Positions 50,770 to 61,403 of a stretch of DNA of 64,000 nt are shown here, in pieces (position 1 is the first letter of the stretch; each line of letters begins with the position of its first letter). Source of the DNA: Vicugna vicugna (Eukaryota); assembly GCA_013265495.1 (NCBI GenBank), contig MU058718.1:1426001-1490000 (forward strand). The letters are read 5' to 3'. A program made the translations under genes and the position numbers. Under the pieces are notes generated by a model, which searched no databases, was not told the DNA's origin, and saw nothing but the letters and a program-made list of their open reading frames with translations.

Positions 50770-51150
50770 ACAACAGACACTAATTTTATTTATCTAGGTG
50801 AAGAAAAAGCGTCGGCAGATTGGTGGTGTGCTTTAAAAGGCACACTCTAGTGGCAGTGGGGTTTGTGGAGCATAGAGTGGACCTGGCTGTTAGGAGGATT
50901 TTACAGTGCTCCAGGCAAGAAGCAACAAGACCCAAATTAATGCAGTGAGACTTAAAAGAAGGGGCAGATACAGGAGGCGTTTTTGAGATAGGATCAAAAG
51001 GGTTTGGTAACTGATTGAAGGTGCAGGGAGAGGAAGGCAGAAATGCTGAAATGGCTTCCCAAGGCATGAGGCTGAGCTAATAGTACAATGACAATACTAT
51101 TAGACCAGAAAGGGGAACCCAGAAGGAGCGGTAAGCCTGGTACTAAGAGG
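50770..51150 (-). mobile_element. LINE-2, continuation
   Basis: GCTTTAAAAGGCACACTCTAGTGGCAG...GTTAGGAGGATTTTACAGTGCTCCAGGCAAGA...GGTTTGGTAACTGATTG. Confidence 0.75.
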
Positions 51151-51213
51151 GGTAATTTATTTAGAAAAACAACGAGAATATGCTTGGCTTCTATCCACTG
51201 ACTTTGTTGTAAT

Positions 51214-51347
51214 TAGGGTGGCTATATCATTTTATCATCCAAACTGGGACCCTGTTGAGAAAGAAAGGGGATGCTTTCAGAATTGCACTAGGACAGCAGG
51301 TCTAAATCAGGATTGTTCCAAGTTCATCCAGATGTTTGATTTCCCTA
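51214..51347 (+). mobile_element. MER81-like hAT-Blackjack MITE
   Basis: TAGGGTGGCTATAT...TTATCATCCAAACTGGGAC...AAAGGGG...TTCCCTA with TAGGG/CCCTA ends. Confidence 0.75.
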
Positions 51348-51409
51348 CTTACTATACCTTTTAGTGTTTGTTCAGTTGGGGACTAGTGTAAATAAAGCTG
51401 GCTCACAGT

Positions 51410-51658
51410 TCATCGACCTTAGGATCTCGGGGTTAGAGGGTACCCTAGAAATCCATATGAAGTAGCCTCCCAGCGCTCCCAGAAAGTCCTGTATACTCCA
51501 CTCCCCAATTCCAGCCTCTACTGGAACGGTTCCCAGGGACAGAGGACTCACTCTGACATTCAGAAGCCCATTCTATTTTTGGACAGTGCTAAGTGTTCTT
51601 CCTTATTATCCTTAGCTAAAAGTGGCTTTCCTGTAAACTCCACACATTGTTTCTAATA
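51410..51658 (-). mobile_element. CR1/L3 LINE 3' fragment
   Basis: GGGTTAGAGGGTACCCTAGA...CCAGCCTCTACTGGAAC...CCAGGGACAGAGGACTCACT...CCCATTCTATTTTTGGACAG. Confidence 0.7.
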
Positions 51659-51660
51659 CG

Positions 51661-52009
51661 CAGTTGACCCTTAAACAACATAGAGGTTAGGGGCACCAAC
51701 CCCCTGCACAGTTAAAAAAATCATATAAAGCTTTTGACTTCTGGATAACTTAACTAATAGCCTACTGTTAACTGGGAGCCTTACGGATAACATAAATGGT
51801 CAATTAACATGTATTTTGTATGTTATATGTGTTATATGCTATATCCTTATGATAAAAATAAGCTAGACAAAAGAAAATGTTATAATAAAATCATAAGGAG
51901 GAGAAAATACATTTACAGTACATGTATCTATATATTATTGAAAAAAAATCTGTGTATAAGTGGACCCATGCAATTCAAACCTGTGTTGTTTGAGTTTACA
52001 GGTCAACTG
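51661..52009 (-). mobile_element. Tigger3/MER7A-like TcMar MITE
   Basis: TIRs CAGTTGACC... / ...GGTCAACTG followed by TA; internal GTATAAGTGGACCCATGCAATTCAAACCTGTGTTGTT. Confidence 0.9.
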
Positions 52010-52034
52010 TAATTCTAATAATAATGACATCACC

Positions 52035-52200
52035 AATATTAAGATAGCCAACAGTTATTGAACACCTGCAAAGGGCCAGTCCTTACATGTATTATTTCTG
52101 AAGCTCTCCAACAAGTCTGCTTACATTGAAGCATCCCCATTTTACAGATGAGGCAGCAGACACTGAGAGGTAATTTTACCTGCCAAAGACACACAGCATC
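52035..52200 (-). mobile_element. MIR
   Basis: ATCCCCATTTTACAGATGAGGCAGCAGACACTGAGAGGT. Confidence 0.75.
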
Positions 52201-52660
52201 TCATTCACCAAGCAAGTCATGGCCATGCCATGGCCAAGAGAAGGGGAGTATAATTTGCCTACGATGGTGGGGAGGTGGATGTATAATGTATCTACAAGAG
52301 AGTGAAGAATTATGACCAAGAAATAACTCAGTCTACCACAATGATATAATCAAGGCCAATGAAGTTTAATTCTTGGATTTTCATTTGAGCTCTCCAAGTA
52401 GCAAACCCTATTTCCCGTAGTGCTATGGTGAAATAAGCCTGCAGTTGGAGATCACCACTCAGAGCCAGAAATGAGCTACCCTAGAGAAAGGAAAGCCCGT
52501 AGGTGAAGCCTAGTGACCAAACTTGAGCCCTGAATCAAGCTGCAACTGAAGTCAGAGATGACTATTGAATATTATTCAGTTGTATGAGCCAATATAGTCC
52601 CCATTTCACTTCAATCAGTGAGTTGGACTTCCTGTCACAAACAAAAGGAATTCTAACGAC
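52200..52660 (+). mobile_element. Old MaLR LTR fragments (MLT1-type)
   Basis: TTGAGCCCTGAATCAAGCTGCAACTGAAGTCAGA...CAGTTGTATGAGCCAATA...GAGTTGGACTTCCTGTCAC. Confidence 0.6.
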
Positions 52661-53094
52661 TATAGTGATTGAGTGAAATAATCTTCACAACTGAGCTAGC
52701 ACATGATTATTAAGCATGTAATTCCCCTAGCCAGAGTTTTTATATAGCTCAGCCTTCTAGCCCATTCACCACTGTTGCAGTCCTTCCTAGGTGGAGTGGT
52801 GGTACACAATGCATGAAACTTTGTTGTGCCTCAAAATGCTTTGAAACCATTTCTGATCATTAGTAGTCTAGACTGACTTTTAATGATGCTTTAGCCCATG
52901 AGAAAGCCCTTTTCACCTTACTTCACTTCAAATATTTCTCCATGTAAAAATATGAGGGGAATTCAGCTGAATTTAAAATTTAGAATTCCAGTTCAAAAGA
53001 AAACAGAGTTAGTATTTTTCAGTCAAAAAAAAAAAAGTTTTGTAATTGCATTGTTTCCCTGGCCTGTGGGTTGAGTTTCTGCTCTACTGAAGGA

Positions 53095-53270
53095 AGAAAC
53101 AATGTGGTTGGGTAGAAGGAGTGCTTAACTTCAGAAGCCTACAGCTTTGTCCAGGCCCATCGCATCAGTCTCTCCTAGTCTCAGTTTCCCCATCTGTTAT
53201 AAAGAGGATGGATTCTATCTCACATGATTTACAGGATTGTTGTAATAGTTATTTGAGACCATGAATAAGA
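53095..53270 (+). mobile_element. MIR
   Basis: TCTCAGTTTCCCCATCTGT...TCTATCTCACA...CAGGATTGTTGTAA. Confidence 0.65.
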
Positions 53271-53379
53271 GTGAGATATTTTTTATTACTTTCCTTATAA
53301 TAAAACCACTTCCTAGATGTAACGAGTTTAGAGTAAAACTATTTAGCTTTAAAACTATTTAAACCACTAGGATGTGGTT

Positions 53380-53720
53380 TATTGTGCTTTATGCCATATC
53401 GCTAAATGACTTCTAGTCTTACCACCTCAACAATGGAAGAAAAGCAGTCCATATCTTTTAGTGCTTTCTTAGGAGCAAGAAAGCCTTTCCCAAAAGCTCC
53501 CAGTCAAGCCTCCTGTCACAATTTATAGGCCAGAGGCAGCTTCCATGTCCAATTCTTAAAACAAACACTGGCAAAGGGAATGGAACAGCGAAGTCTGACT
53601 TAGAGCAGCCTCGCTTTGCACCCATTGCCACGTACAAGAGAGGGCATCCCTGAGCGAGATCAAGGTTTATTGCAGAAAGAGGTAGAAAGGCACTGGGGCT
53701 AGAAGCCATTAGTTTCCAAT
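53380..53720 (-). mobile_element. Old MaLR LTR fragment (MLT1-type)
   Basis: CCTTTCCCAAAAGCTCCCAG...ATAGGCCAGA...CATGTCCAATTCTTAAAACAAACACTGGCAAAGGGAATGGAA. Confidence 0.6.
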
Positions 53721-53729
53721 ACCATGCTT

Positions 53730-53880
53730 ACCAAACTCTTGTTAAGTGTCGGTTCATGTGTCTGACCTCCCATTACTTTCTAAACTCTGGAGCAACAGGG
53801 GCAAGGTCTTGCTGTGTATCCCCAGCACCCAGTACAATTTCTGAGACATAGTGAGAGCTAAGCAAGCATTTACTGAATGT
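53730..53880 (+). mobile_element. LINE-2 3' end
   Basis: CTGTGTATCCCCAGCACCCAGTACAATTTCTGAGACATAG...CATTTACTGAATG. Confidence 0.7.
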
Positions 53881-56800
53881 TATTATCGGATTTTAAATCC
53901 ATTTCAGCTCTAAGGCTCTCTGAACGTATATTAGTAGGAAGCTGACAATAGTTTCTACGCTTTTCTTGATGCTGGGCAGAGACCTAGCATGGAGGAAGGA
54001 ACACTCCACAGTGTGTATAAAATTCCCATTGGCCTTCTGTGATTCTTGGATTTTTAGAATAATTTCATTTCCCTTCCCCCTTTACATTATTATCTAAAAC
54101 CTTTAGAACTAATTAGAAGTGGGAGGATCAAAGATGATATATTTTAAATTTGCTTCCCGCCTCACCCACTTAAAGTAAAGAATCCTGCATAGCCCATTAA
54201 GCTGGAGGTACTTGCTGACAGGAAGGAAACCATCTGGTGAACAACTTCTGTTAATTATGTTGGAACATACTAACGAGAAGAAAGAACAGCCCTTAATGAC
54301 CTTCCCCTTGGTGGCAGAATCCACTGCAGAGTAGACAGTCATGGCTCCGAGCCAAAAGTTAATGGTTAGTATTGGCACCAAACACTCAGGCTCACTAGTA
54401 CTTAATAATCTCCCCTTGGTGGAGAAAGTATTTCAGGCATTCACAGCATAAATCCTCCTAGCACCTGCATGTAACTGAGCTCCAAATAGTCATTTAGGGC
54501 ATTATTTGGAATCCCTTAGTAAATGCAAATCTGGGTGTTACCTTCTCTGTCTGTTTCTTTGCATTTGGACACATTGGATGAGGCCAGACAAAGATTTGCA
54601 TTTTGTTTCAACCAATAACAACATTTAAATATCACTTGGCAAGGCACGGATGCAATTATTCCCTATCCCAGAGGGATAAAGTTACACAAAAATAATTATC
54701 CTCATTATGACCTGGATGAGTTAATCATTTATAATAATATTCTTTCTAATTCCACCTTACCCTTGGAAATCTAGACAATCCCATGCCATCCATGCAAAAA
54801 GGCAGTTAAAGCTTTGGCATCTGTATCATGAGTTAGGTATAGGTCAGAACATCAGTATTTATTTCATTCATTGCTTCGCTACTCAGTTTGAGAAAGTTTT
54901 TTTTAAGTGGCTGATTAGATTAAGTAAAATCTAAAAGAAAACTTTAAAATTATAAAATATAATATTAACAAAATTTTAAAGAAAATTAAAAAAAAAACCA
55001 GGAGTAGGAAAACAAATTCAAACCAGGAGTGAAACTAGTATACAAACATGCATGACATGAAACCCTGTATATTATTGGGGTGGGCACAGACATGGCTCTA
55101 AGCTTCTTAGTTTCCAACTAGAAGCAGCAAATACTTCAGTGGGCACTTAGGGGGCTCAGGAAGAAGATTCTAAAACATCTCATGCATAAGAGTGTCCTAA
55201 TAGTACAAGTACTTTAAGCTGATGGTATCATTTAGTGCGTTCCCAATATGTATGCATAAAAAAAGAAACAATTCCAGAAATTGCTGCTTCAAATCAGGTG
55301 GGAAATGTTATTTTAATAGAAATCTTAAATAAAAGTTCTGTAACTAGGAACTGTCAACATTTAGCTCCTAAATTATAACAAATCTGTAAAGAATATGGAT
55401 CTGTAATATATTAAAGTTTAATAACCCTACATATTAGCCAAGAAACTGCTCTCTATATAATTTCTTGATGTATATTTAAGGCTTTTCATATGGACATCAA
55501 GAATATAATTTTTATAAAGGTAGGTATGTCCAAGAGTGTACACAGAAGTAACAAAATAAAAGTTGTTTGTGCCTAAATCATCCCATCTGTGCCTCTTGGA
55601 CTATACTCAATACTCTTCACAACCACATGCATCAAGAAATTGGCTAAATATCCTTGTAGACAGGATGTCTCCTATTTGCATTTGAAGTACTCTTCTGTTT
55701 AAAATAAATGCAATTAATTTGCATTATTTATTTAATCTGTCTTTGCATACTAATGTCACAAAAATTGAAAATCAATGTCAGGTCATTATCAGCATACCTC
55801 AAAATATCTTTGTGTTCAGTGAATTTAAATTATTTTTAAAAAAAACTAATCTCAGCTTTTCTTTGATGCTTTGATGCTTCCCTACCTCCTACTATTGCCT
55901 GCGCCGCCTACCACTATCTTTGAAGTTGGCTCATCTGGTAACAGACTTACTGCAAGCTGCAGTGCACACCTCCCATTCAAAGAGTTAGATGCTGTCCATG
56001 TGACAGATTTAATCAGTCCCTTGGTCTCTCAGACATGCAGCTGTTGGTGAATTCTTTTTTGCTAGTGTAATATTGTAAGTGTCTTAAGTTAAAATTAAAG
56101 CTGCCGTTAAAGTTTCTTCTTGTTCTTCAAGAAGACTGTTTTCTGGAAGTAGCATGTGTATACACTTTTATGTGGCAGTGCCAAAGAGAGATTTTGTACT
56201 ACAGCCAATCTTTAGTGTTCAGAAAAAACGACCCAGTTTAAGAGAAAAGTCAGTAAATAATCTAAGTTGTTGGATTTGGGCAAAAGCAGGTCGCCTAGAA
56301 TTATTGGTAAAAATAAAAATATGACCCTCTGGCAGTTTTATGCTACAGATGCTGCATTTAAGATGACAGCATTGAAATACAGAAAAACATGTGGGATTTA
56401 TAGAAATTCTCTCCATATCCAGATTGCCTGGTCCCTACAAGTCAAAATGTCACTTCTGAAACACATCATTTACCAGTCCTTCAGCAAAACAAACCACCTT
56501 TAGAAAAGTTCTCCATGAAACTAATGAGGTAGAGTTGGACTGTCATCATGATCGGGAGACAGTGGAGCTTCAGATATTGCCAACTTTTTTATGGAGAAGT
56601 CAAGAAAAGCAAAGGGGACTGAAATTGAATTTCCAACAGAAAAAGCCTCTGAAACAGCTAAACCAACTTTTGACAACTACTAACAAGTACATATCCTGAG
56701 GGAGACACTGGGTATGGTTGGGGAGACAAAAGGTACCAGTGAACAGTAGAATACTCCATTCTGTGAAGAAAAATGAGAACTCCAGGGATGGGAGAAGCTT

Positions 56801-57039
56801 TATCTAAGGATTAATGTTTTTCTATAGTTGTTTCCAACCCTCCTACAAGTTCTATATCTGGGCCTGTAGCAGAAGCCACCTTACAAATTTCCACTGCCAT
56901 TTTGATCAGGTGAAAAATGTATGTCAAATGTTTAACCTCATTTTAATGAAAGCTAAAGCACAGAAAAAGAGATGTATTAAATTTCTTTAGGAAGGAATTC
57001 TAGTGATCTGATGTTTCTGCTTACAATCTGATATTCAGA

Positions 57040-57260
57040 ACAGTTGAGTTTTAGGGTCAGAGCATCTTGGGAGATTCCAGGCCTTACCACTTCTTTGTGA
57101 TGCTATCCTGACTAACTTTTCTAACCTATTGAAGCTTCAGGCTTCTCATCTGTCAGATGAGGATGTACCTTCTTCACAGTGTTTACAGAATAAATTTGAA
57201 TTATGTTGAGACTTCAGCAGAGTGTGAGTCACATAATAAGTGCTTGACAAAGTATAGCTG
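57040..57260 (+). mobile_element. MIR
   Basis: GCTTCAGGCTTCTCATCTGTCAGATGAGGATGTACCT...CACATAATAAGTGCTTGACAAA. Confidence 0.7.
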
Positions 57261-58785
57261 GTTTTGGAGAAAATGCACCAGCCTTCTACAGCCTCGTAAG
57301 TGGCATCAAATTGTTCTCATCTGAAGCAGCAAAGTGCTGTGTGAGGTGCCTCCTCCCAAACGTAGATCCAAACACAGCACAGATTTAGAAGATGAGTTTT
57401 CCAGATAACAAACTTCATGCTTTCCCTGAAAAGATTGTGATTACAACTACAAATTGGTTAAGCAACAAAGCTCTACAGCCTGAGATTCTGTTAACCGGTG
57501 AGGAAACAGATCCATACATTGTAAATGTGAGGCTCTCCCTTTCTGAAAAATGTATGATTGTTTTTTATTTTGGATGATCTCTAGATTCTTGGGTAATTTG
57601 GGAGTGAAAAGCCATGATTCGATTTTGTACAATCACTTTAAGAGAATGAATAAAGGCTTTTATCTTTGTTTAGTGGTTACTGTGTTTGTCTCAGAGGGTG
57701 GAAATTTGACCCCCATATCTACTAACTCACCTTGTTGCACGCAAATTATTTCATCCTCTTATTAATCATCTTCCTCATCCATAAAATAGCACAATAATAT
57801 TTACCTACCTCATAGAGTGTTATGAGTCTTTATTAATTAATGTTTTAAAGGTTAAGATCCTTAGATGAAAGGAACTGTCAAGGATAATTATCGCTTATGT
57901 TTGTATGGTATGTTATGGAACAAGACTTTAAGATGCTATTGCTGTGACAAAGGCCAATAAAGATATGCTGATCTATGTATCTGATTGCCGACAAACACCT
58001 TATAAAGTGATACCCTTTGGAAATGATATGAGGGATTTTATCAGATTCTAATTTTAGACTGTTTCCTTCTCTAGCTGCATGATTTAGCCAGTGAAGAAGG
58101 AAGAGAATTAAAATTTCCCTCCATCATCACAGCGTTCTACCTTCAGTCTTGACCTCAACCATAAACACTTCTGAGATGTTCAGAGTTTATTCTTTTCAAG
58201 GTCAGGATAAGGAGAACGGTCTCTAAGGATAAGAAATTAGTACTTAAGAATAGAAACATGAGTAAGGCATTTCTTTCTGTTCACCTCTTTGTTTTTCCAT
58301 CTTTGATTTTTTTTTCTCCCTTTTGTACCTTTTTCATCAATAATTTTTCTTTCCTCTTCAGGGAAAATGCCTCAAACCTTACCACTGAATGTGAAATTTA
58401 AGTATGCACGGCCATGCTGATTAGAAAATATTAGAAAGAAAAATTACTTCCCCCTTTCCTTTTCAGTGTCTGGGGTCGTTTTGAAAGACCACTGCAAGGT
58501 TTGATGATGCTTAGACTCCTGAAGGAAGCAGAAAGCGGACCCAAGGAGTTCTAACCAAGGTGTCCACCCTACAGACTAACATGCTGAAATACACGTCATC
58601 ACATGTCTGGTATCCTCAGAACTACCTTCCTACTGATAAAGGGCACGATTTAGGGACTCTTTACAGAAGCACCAATCTTTATTATAGCCTTTTGCCTACT
58701 GCCCTCTTCACCCCAAACCCTCAGTCCAAAATGCTGTTTCCCAACCTCAAACAAATCCTTCAAAATTCAGCTCAGAAGTTCTCTC

Positions 58786-59565
58786 TTGGTGCAATTATTA
58801 CAGAAAACAGTATGGAGATTCCTCAAAAAAACAAAAATAGACTCACTATATGATCCAGCAGTCCCACTCTTGGGCATGTATCCAGAGGAAACTTTAAATC
58901 AGAAAGATAGATGCACCCCAGTGTTCATAGCAGCACTATTTACAATAGCCAAGACATGGAAACAGCCTAACTGTCCATCAACAGAGGACTGGATAAAGAA
59001 GCTGTGATATATTTATACAGTGGAATACTAATCAGCCATGAAAAAGAATAAAATAATGCCATTTGCAGCTACACGGATGGACCTGGAGGTTGTTATTCTA
59101 AGTGAAGTAAGCCAGAAAGAGAAAGAAAAATACCATATGATATCACTCATATGTGGAATCTAAAAAAAGAAAAAACAAGACATCAATGAACTTATCTACA
59201 AAACAGATCATATGTGGATCTAAAAAAAGAAAAAACAAGACATCAATGAACTTATCTACAAAACAGAAAAAGACTCACAGACATAGTAAACAATCTTATG
59301 GTTACTGGCAGGGGAAAAGCAGTGGGAAGGAATAAATTTGGGAGTTCAAGATTTGCAAATATTAACTACTATGTACAAATAGATAAAAAAAAAGTTTCTT
59401 CTGTATAGCACAACGAACTATATTCAGTATCTTATAATAACCTTTAATGAAAAAGAATATGAAAATGAATATATGTATGTATATGTATGGCTGGGACATT
59501 ATGCTGTACACTAGAGACTGACACATTCTAACTTACTATACTTCAATTAAAAAAATAGATAAAAT
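58786..59565 (+). mobile_element. LINE-1 3' end (artiodactyl/camelid-type)
   Basis: ORF 58786..59007 (KTVWRFLKK...YDPAVPLLG...FIAALFTIAKTWKQP.CPS); 3' UTR ends TATACTTCAATTAAAAAAA. Confidence 0.93.
59147..59267. repeat. 60-bp tandem duplication in the L1 3' UTR
   Basis: TCATATGTGG(A)ATCTAAAAAAAGAAAAAACAAGACATCAATGAACTTATCTACAAAACAGA twice, differing by one A. Confidence 0.95.
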
Positions 59566-60464
59566 GTAATCAGCTATAGAGATACTATGTACCACATTCA
59601 CATAGAGTTTATATACTAATTATTAAAAGAGGCTTTCATGGAATAGTAAACAGAGAGCTAAATTCATCTCCATTACTCTGTTATTTCCTTGAGGAGAGGA
59701 CATGTCACCATATAGTCTTTCAGATTTCACTCATTCACTAATAAACCAAATATTTTTGTGTTACTTGTGCTAAATGCTAAAGATTTGGACAAAAGGAATT
59801 TTTTTTCACCTTTAAGGATCTTACAGTCTAGTGAGGGGAGATAAACTTATATACAATTTCAATAAATAAGTACTCCAATAAAGTATTCATAGAGGGGGAA
59901 GTTCTCTTCCATCATTCCAGAAAGAGTCATACCATCTTCTGTATTCTCATAGTATTCAAAAACACTTGCGCATTATCAATTGTTCCATTCCTATATGTAT
60001 ATGTATAGCACCTATAAAAATGATATATAATATTTATTTAAATGAGATTAGTATATTATTTAAATATTTACATTTAAATTATTTACATATTTACATTTGA
60101 ATATGTTAACATTTTCACTATAGCTTTATTTTATTTAAACTTTATATACTTATTTCTCTGATTTACAATTTGTCCATATGCAGTTATTGTGTGAATATTT
60201 TCATCAATGATTAAAATATTATTTGCATATATCTGTATGTTCATACAAATATGCATATATCCATCTATGTACATATTTATTTTTATATTTTGTTGTTTCT
60301 TTAGCATTCTATTCATTATTTATATTTAGGGCATGTTCAATTAAATATGAGATTTAAAAGAAATATAGTTATTTAATAAGCTGTCTGCCTGCCTGAAGTG
60401 CCAGGCTCACATGAACTCCTCTAGGGTAGGAGTGCAGAGTGAGATTCACACTCGACTAACCTCA

Positions 60465-60690
60465 ATAATCGTATCTACTTTCATTGAGCACTTGCTGCAA
60501 GAAAGACACTGAGGTGACTTGTGTACATTCTCCATTTAATCTACACAACTATCCAATGAGATTTATGTTATTATTATCCACATTTATAGATGAAGAAATA
60601 GAAATGCAAACAGTTGAGGCAACTTGCCCCTAGTATTAAGTGCTTAGTTGAGTTTTAGCCCAGACTTGGTCTTGACTCCAAAAATCTGGC
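60465..60690 (-). mobile_element. MIR
   Basis: CATTGAGCACTTGCT...CCATTTAATCTACACAAC...CATTTATAGATGAAGAAA...GGCAACTTGCCC...TGACTCCAAA. Confidence 0.8.
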
Positions 60691-61024
60691 CATGTATCCC
60701 TTGAAACAGGGCAGGGCACACAGGGTGGGGGCTGCGCAGCATAGTGTCCTTTCAGAGCAAGGGCTTGGGAATCAGATGAACCAGCTGCACACTTTCATTC
60801 AATTATCTCTTAGGGGTACAGTCCTAGAATATTTTCCTGCCTTTCGTGGTCATATTGTGAGCTAAGAGGGGAAGGGAAAGCGCATCAGCTGTAAGTGATG
60901 GAAAAGGAGACTTTGTAAATAATTGACATCTTTACTTCCCTGGTGGTAAAACTAGAAAGAGCACTGGCTACACATTAAACTTGAATCTCTTCTTACTTAG
61001 ACAGCTTCCATCCTTTAGATCCTT

Positions 61025-61158
61025 GCTACTCAAGAACTCACCTGGGAGCTGGTGAGGAATGGAGCCTCTCAAGGCCACTCCAGACTCCAGAATCAACATC
61101 TGCACTTAGACAAGACCCTCAGGTGATTTCCATGTACAGTAGAGCTTGAGAGGCACTC
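61025..61158. mobile_element. MER5A-like hAT MITE
   Basis: TCACCTGGGAGCT...CTCCAGAATCA...ATCTGCACTTAGACAAGACCCTCAGGTGATT...GCTTGAGAGGCACT. Confidence 0.75.
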
Positions 61159-61359
61159 ATTCTCACTTCCCGTCCAATATCATTAAAACGTGGCTCTAAG
61201 TAGGGCTTGTCTGATCCTCCACTGTTGTTCTAACAACTTATTTCTAAAAGAGATGAGAGGATCATGAGAAAATATGAGGCTGCAGATAAACTGAGAGTCG
61301 GATTCAAATACCAGGTTTGCTACAAGTAAGCTGTGTGGCCTCAGGCAAATTACTGTCTC

Positions 61360-61403
61360 TCTAACTGAAATTGTACCTCTAACAAGGTACAATTTCAGTT
61401 AGA
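61360..61403. repeat. Perfect 19-bp inverted repeat with a 6-nt loop
   Basis: TCTAACTGAAATTGTACCT-CTAACA-AGGTACAATTTCAGTTAGA; the arms are exact reverse complements. Confidence 0.97.

Noticed and set aside
50840..50857. CTCF-like site (reverse CCACTAGAGTGTGC)
   Set aside because: Mismatches in the GGGC core, and it is explained by underlying L2 sequence.
58300..58500. Plus-strand acceptor/donor pairs near 58361 and 58466
   Set aside because: Long T-rich tracts give chance acceptors, and the donors (TAA|GTATGC, AAG|GTTTGA) are weak.
60000..60370. Extremely AT-rich block as a NUMT or special structure
   Set aside because: Low-complexity TA-rich sequence with no mitochondrial gene signature; probably decayed repeat.
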